A stretch of DNA of 64,000 nt from Rhabdothermincola salaria (GTDB lineage: Bacteria > Actinomycetota > Acidimicrobiia > Acidimicrobiales > Acidimicrobilacustridaceae): the NCBI RefSeq assembly GCF_021246445.1, contig NZ_JAJQXW010000001.1, positions 558,001 to 622,000 on the forward strand, given 5' to 3'. Below the pieces are notes generated by a model. The model was not told where the DNA came from. It was given only the letters and a program-made list of their open reading frames with translations, and made no database searches. Both the position numbers and the translations under genes were made by a program. How positions within the stretch are numbered: the stretch's first letter is position 1; every line of letters starts with the position of its first letter. Positions 59,792 to 64,000 of this stretch are shown here, piece after piece.

Positions 59792-61741
59792 GTGACCAGG
59801 CTCGAGCAGCAGCGGCGGACGTGGACACCGTGGCCGTCTCGCTGGCGCGCCGCCATCTACTTCGTGGTCGCCGCCACCTGGATCCTGGTGTCGTCGTCGC
59901 TGGCGGCCACCACCGACCGCGGTGCCACGTTCGAGCTGCTCAAGGGCCTCGCCTTCGTGCTGGTCACCTCCCTGCTGCTGTACCTGCTGATCTCGCGCTA
60001 CGAACGCCACGTGCGGGGCACCGCCCGACGCCTCCGCGACCTCATCGAGTCCGCCGGGGACGTGGCCTACCGCATCCGCCTGCGGCCCACCGTGCGCGTC
60101 GACTACATCAGCGACGGCGTGCACGACCTCGTCGGGCTCACCCCCGACGACCTCTACTCCACCCCCGACCTCGGCGTCCGCGTCGCCCACCCCGAGGACC
60201 GCCAGCGGCTGCGAGCGCTGATGGGAGGCCCCCAGGACGCCGAGCGGATCCGCACCCGGTGGTTCAAGCCCGACGGCAGCATCCTGCACACCGAGCACGA
60301 CGTGCGTCCCGTGCACGACCGGCGCGGTCGCGTCGTGGCCATCGAAGGGCGCCTGCGAGACGTCACCGACAGCCGTCGAGACGTCGCCGCCGCCGCCGTC
60401 GGCGACAGCATCCTCGGCTGGCTCGAGGAGGGCACCGACCGCGTGGCGATCACCCGACGCACCTGCGAACGCCTCGTCGAGGTGATGGAGGTCGAGGTGG
60501 CCTGGGCCGGCATCCCGCTCGAGGACGGCACGGTGGCCCCCATCGCGTCGGCGGGCGACGACCGCGACCCCGACGAGCTGGAGGCCCGCTGGGACGAGGG
60601 CCCGCTCGGCGACGGGCCCGCCGGCGTGGCGATCCGCGAACGCCGTGCAGTGCGCATGAACCCTCGCGCCCCCGGATCGGCGCGGTGGGGGCAGCGGGCC
60701 ACGGCGGCCGGCTTCACCTCGTCGCTGGCGGTGCCCATCGTCTGGCGAGGCGCCGTGCGTGGGGTGCTCACCCTCGACTCGCGCTTCGGCGGCCCCTTCG
60801 ACGACCGGCAGGTGGCCCGCTTCGAGACCATCGCCTCACGCCTGGCCCACGTGCTCTCCCAGACCGAGGACCTCCCCTCGTCGGTGTCGGTCGCCAGCGC
60901 CACGGTCTCCCGGGTGAGGGCGGGCGACACGCCGGCCGTCGACCTGCGCGCCGCCATGGCCGAAGGCCGCATCGAACCGTGGTGGCAACCCCAGATCGCC
61001 TGCTCCGACGGCCGGATCGTCGCCGTGGAGGCCCTCGTGCGCCTCCGAGACGCCGACGGGCGGATCCTGGCACCGAGCGTCGTGCTCCCCCTCGCCGAGG
61101 AGACCGGGCTCATGAACGAGCTGGGCCGCACCCTGCGCCACCGGGCCCTCCGAGAGAGCCTCAACTGGCTCGGCAACGGCCTCGAACGGGTCTCGCTCAA
61201 CGTGTCCGTCGCCGAGATCCTGCAACCCGGCTTCGTCACCGAGCTCGACGACCTCCTACGCGACATGGGCATCGCCCACGACCAGGTCGAGCTCGAGATC
61301 GTGGAGACCGCCGCCCTCGAGGGCTCCGCCGCCCGCGTCATCACCGAGCTCAAGCACCTCGGCGTACGCATCGCCATCGACGACTACGGGTCGGGATGGG
61401 CCTCACTCGGCCACCTCGCCCACCTCCCGGCCGACACCCTCAAGATCGACCGCGTGTTCATCCGCGAGCTCGGCCAGTCCGAGCGCATCGACACCCTCGT
61501 GGCGTCCACCATCGACCTCGGTCGCGTCCTGCGCCTCACCACCGTCGCCGAAGGCGTCGAGACCCAGCAGCAAGCTGACCTGCTGCGCGCCATGGGCTGC
61601 GACCTGCTGCAGGGCTACCTGTTCTCCGCCCCCATCGAGACCGCCGCCATGACCACCATGCGCGCCGCCCCGCCCTGGCTGAGCCCGGCGACCCACCCCC
61701 AGCCCGGGCCGCAGGAGTTCACCGCCCTCACCGCCACCTGA
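59792..61741 (+). CDS. Membrane-anchored PAS-GAF-EAL c-di-GMP phosphodiesterase
   Basis: Two TMs, PAS (HPEDR), GAF (SSLAVPI), then EAL domain QP...EALVR, N, EIVE, DDYGSG, KIDR, EGVE, QGY. Confidence 0.85.
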   Translation: MTRLEQQRRTWTPWPSRWRAAIYFVVAATWILVSSSLAATTDRGATFELLKGLAFVLVTSLLLYLLISRYERHVRGTARRLRDLIESAGDVAYRIRLRPTVRVDYISDGVHDLVGLTPDDLYSTPDLGVRVAHPEDRQRLRALMGGPQDAERIRTRWFKPDGSILHTEHDVRPVHDRRGRVVAIEGRLRDVTDSRRDVAAAAVGDSILGWLEEGTDRVAITRRTCERLVEVMEVEVAWAGIPLEDGTVAPIASAGDDRDPDELEARWDEGPLGDGPAGVAIRERRAVRMNPRAPGSARWGQRATAAGFTSSLAVPIVWRGAVRGVLTLDSRFGGPFDDRQVARFETIASRLAHVLSQTEDLPSSVSVASATVSRVRAGDTPAVDLRAAMAEGRIEPWWQPQIACSDGRIVAVEALVRLRDADGRILAPSVVLPLAEETGLMNELGRTLRHRALRESLNWLGNGLERVSLNVSVAEILQPGFVTELDDLLRDMGIAHDQVELEIVETAALEGSAARVITELKHLGVRIAIDDYGSGWASLGHLAHLPADTLKIDRVFIRELGQSERIDTLVASTIDLGRVLRLTTVAEGVETQQQADLLRAMGCDLLQGYLFSAPIETAAMTTMRAAPPWLSPATHPQPGPQEFTALTAT

Positions 61742-61862
61742 CACGCCCTGCGGTGGCCGGCCCCGATGCACGGCACGTCGGCGTCGGTTCGCCCACAACC
61801 CGCGGCGCGCCTGGGTGCACACATGTGGCCATGGAGCTGCTCCGTGCGCTGTCGATCCGGTG

Positions 61863-61900
61863 CTGCGAAAACGCAGGTGGTGCAGCTAGAATGCATGCAT
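61863..61900 (+). promoter_or_regulatory. Putative leaderless promoter/operator of the TA operon
   Basis: TAGAAT at 61887-61892, 6 nt before the ATG; palindromes ctgc-N6-gcag and atgcatgcat. Confidence 0.55.
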
Positions 61901-62132
61901 GACGTCGATCACCATCCGCGACGTGCCCGACGGCGCCCGTGACGAGCTCGCCGCCCGCGCCGCCCGAAGCGGTCGATCCCTCCAGGAGTACCTCCGCCAA
62001 GAGCTGATCGACCTCGCCGGCCGACCCGATCCCGCCGAGCTCGCGGCCCGCATCGTCGAGCGCAAGCGACGCACCGCCACGACCCTTCCCGCGGCGACCA
62101 TCATCGGGCACCGCGACACCGACCGTCGATGA
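61899..62132 (+). CDS. Antitoxin, FitA-like ribbon-helix-helix
   Basis: ITIRDVP...L.ARAARSGRSLQEYLR; overlaps the toxin start (ATGA). Confidence 0.85.
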   Translation: MTSITIRDVPDGARDELAARAARSGRSLQEYLRQELIDLAGRPDPAELAARIVERKRRTATTLPAATIIGHRDTDRR

Positions 62133-62530
62133 CGGTGGTGATCGACGCCTCCGCGCTGGTCGCCGCGCTCGTCGACACCGGTCCCGACGGACGCTGGGCC
62201 GAGGCGCTGCTCACCTCCGACCTCGCCGCGCCGCCCCTGCTCGCCGTGGAGGCGGCCAACGTGCTGCGACGAGCGGTGCACGCCGGCGAGATCACCGACG
62301 ACGTCGCCTCACTGGCTCACGCCGACCTGCTCGACCTGCGCGTGCAGCTCGTCGCCTACGACACGGTCGCCGACCGGGTCTGGGAGCTGCGCGGCAACCT
62401 CACCGCCTACGACGCGTGGTACGTGGCGGTGGCCGAGCTCCTCGACGCCCCGCTGGCCACCCTCGACCAGCGACTCGTGGCCGCGCCCGGCCCGACCTGC
62501 CGATTCCGGACACCGGCCGACCGGTCGTAG
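62129..62530 (+). CDS. vapC: PIN-domain toxin of a type II TA system
   Basis: VIDASAL, E, LTAYDAWYVAVAE and LATLDQRL motifs. Confidence 0.9.
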   Translation: MTVVIDASALVAALVDTGPDGRWAEALLTSDLAAPPLLAVEAANVLRRAVHAGEITDDVASLAHADLLDLRVQLVAYDTVADRVWELRGNLTAYDAWYVAVAELLDAPLATLDQRLVAAPGPTCRFRTPADRS

Positions 62531-62554
62531 CGCCCACCCGGCGGGTGGGCTCGG

Positions 62555-64000
62555 TCAGCCTGGCGCCGCGGTGCTCGAGGCGCCCCGAGGCTGGGCGGGT
62601 TGCGTCGGCGGGGTCTCGGCCGGCGCGAGGAAGGCGGTGAGCACCCCGGGGGCGGCCCGCTCGGCGAAGCCCACGGCCTCGCCGGCGTCGAGGTCGGGAG
62701 CGGCGTAGGCGCCGGCGCCGGCGGAGGTCATGAAGGTCACGGTGCGCAGGCCGAGACGACGCTGCAACACCGACTCGCGCACCGCCACCGTGCTCACCGC
62801 TGATCGCTGCAACGCCGACGTGGTGCGGCTGTCGAGCCCCGAGCGCACCACCACGTAGTCGCCGCTGATGGCGTGCCCCAACGCCCGATAGGCGATGACC
62901 GCCCCCGTCAGCGCCAGCGGCCAGACCACCGCACCGGCGGCCAGCGTGAACGACGGCACCACCCCGGTCACGACCAGCCACCCCAGCACCCCCACCACCG
63001 CGGCGGTGGCCAGCGTCGCCCACGTGACCCGCCGACGCAGCGCCGCCCGCGGGTGGCCGACCAGCGGGGCAACGAGTGGGCTGGGCTCCACCCCGAGCAC
63101 CTCGCCGGCCACCCGGCGGGCCACCGGGAACGGGGTGCGGGGGAGCACCGCCGCGGGCTGGGAGGTGGCCCCCATGTCCAACCCGGTGGTGATCACCGAG
63201 GCGTCGGTGGCCCCCAACCAGCGCAACGACAACGGCTCGGCGATCTGCACGCCCCGCAGGCGGTGGTCGTCGCGGGTCACCTCCCGGGTGGTGAGCAGGC
63301 CCTGGCGGGTGCGCAGCACCGTGCCGTCGGTGTCGTCGCTCGGCACCCGGGCGAGCTCGAAGTGGCCGTGCTCCACGAAGAAGTTGACGGCCAGGCCCAC
63401 CACCCCGATCACCGCGATGGCCGCCACCGCGGCGATCGTCGTCCAGACCGGGCCGATCGCCTCCCAGTCGGCGAGCCCCCCGACCACCCCCCGGGCGTCC
63501 ACCCCCACCGTGGAGGCCGCCCAGAAGGCACCCCACACCAGGCCCAACGCCATCACGAACGCCCACGGGCTGAACACGTTGTAGAGCGCCCAGCGCGGCT
63601 GCAGGCGGGCCAGGACCCTGGTGTCGGGCGGGTTCCTCGTGGGGCGAGTCGAGAGGTGGGGTGCGGAGGCCGCCGCGGTGTCGGCCACCGGCCCGACCCC
63701 GGCGACCCGCGGGGCACCGTCGCTGGGCGCCCCGTGGTTCGGGGCACCGTCGTGGGGGACGCTGCGGTTCGAGGCACCGCCGTCCGGGAGGGCGTCGACC
63801 GGCGCGATGCCGTCGACGGGGCGGCCGTCGCGCCGCGGGATGGTCGCGGCAGTGGGTGGTGCGTCGGACGGAAGGGCGTGGGACGGAAGGGCGTGGGACG
63901 GAAGGGCGTGGGACGGAGCCGGGGGAGCGGCGGGGTTGGCCTCCGGGGTGGTGCGGTGCAACAGCAGGGTGCGCAGGGCCTGGGCGTCGGCCACCGACAC
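62555..64000 (-). CDS. Bacterial PH-domain (bPH_2, YdbT-like) membrane protein, 5' end off the window
   Basis: RQGLLTTRE...P..LRWLG and VRSG...QRRLGL repeats with TMs; PSHAL repeat at about 63865-63918. Confidence 0.75.
   Translation of the reverse strand: MSVADAQALRTLLLHRTTPEANPAAPPAPSHALPSHALPSHALPSDAPPTAATIPRRDGRPVDGIAPVDALPDGGASNRSVPHDGAPNHGAPSDGAPRVAGVGPVADTAAASAPHLSTRPTRNPPDTRVLARLQPRWALYNVFSPWAFVMALGLVWGAFWAASTVGVDARGVVGGLADWEAIGPVWTTIAAVAAIAVIGVVGLAVNFFVEHGHFELARVPSDDTDGTVLRTRQGLLTTREVTRDDHRLRGVQIAEPLSLRWLGATDASVITTGLDMGATSQPAAVLPRTPFPVARRVAGEVLGVEPSPLVAPLVGHPRAALRRRVTWATLATAAVVGVLGWLVVTGVVPSFTLAAGAVVWPLALTGAVIAYRALGHAISGDYVVVRSGLDSRTTSALQRSAVSTVAVRESVLQRRLGLRTVTFMTSAGAGAYAAPDLDAGEAVGFAERAAPGVLTAFLAPAETPPTQPAQPRGASSTAAPG

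Overview
High-GC, actinobacterial-looking DNA; gene content suggests Acidimicrobiia, which is an inference. About 1-41 kb is a large surface-glycan region. Its left block holds wzt/wzm, a priming transferase, two GTs, Wzc and an O-antigen-ligase-family gene, followed by an orphan peptide-type solute-binding lipoprotein. A second block holds a PglC/E/A-like start, a second Wzc, an AT-richer variable core, a complete pseudaminic acid operon (pseBCGHIF), a PglK/MsbA-like flippase, a nucleotide-sugar dehydrogenase, and PglD-like and PglF-like genes. The variable core has a Wzy-like protein, an unknown HP-motif protein, GTs, three methyltransferases and a nonsense-interrupted 2OG-Fe(II) oxygenase, interleaved with ISL3, IS256, IS110 and IS3-family scars and one apparently intact IS407-group element. 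The rest is mixed: a frameshifted repeat-containing secreted protein, a VanZ-like gene, a hydantoinase/oxoprolinase AB + sugar-type ABC + GntR operon with a G-tract/poly-G spacer, a DUF222-HNH gene, small HTH ORFs, two lipoproteins, a PAS-GAF-EAL protein, a vapBC pair and a partial bPH_2 membrane protein. No rRNA, tRNA or CRISPR array was seen. The best leads are a bacillosamine + pseudaminic acid glycan pathway with a candidate new pseudaminyltransferase, and single glycan-modifier genes bracketed by miniature IS407-like scars. All calls come from motif recognition by eye; no searches were run.
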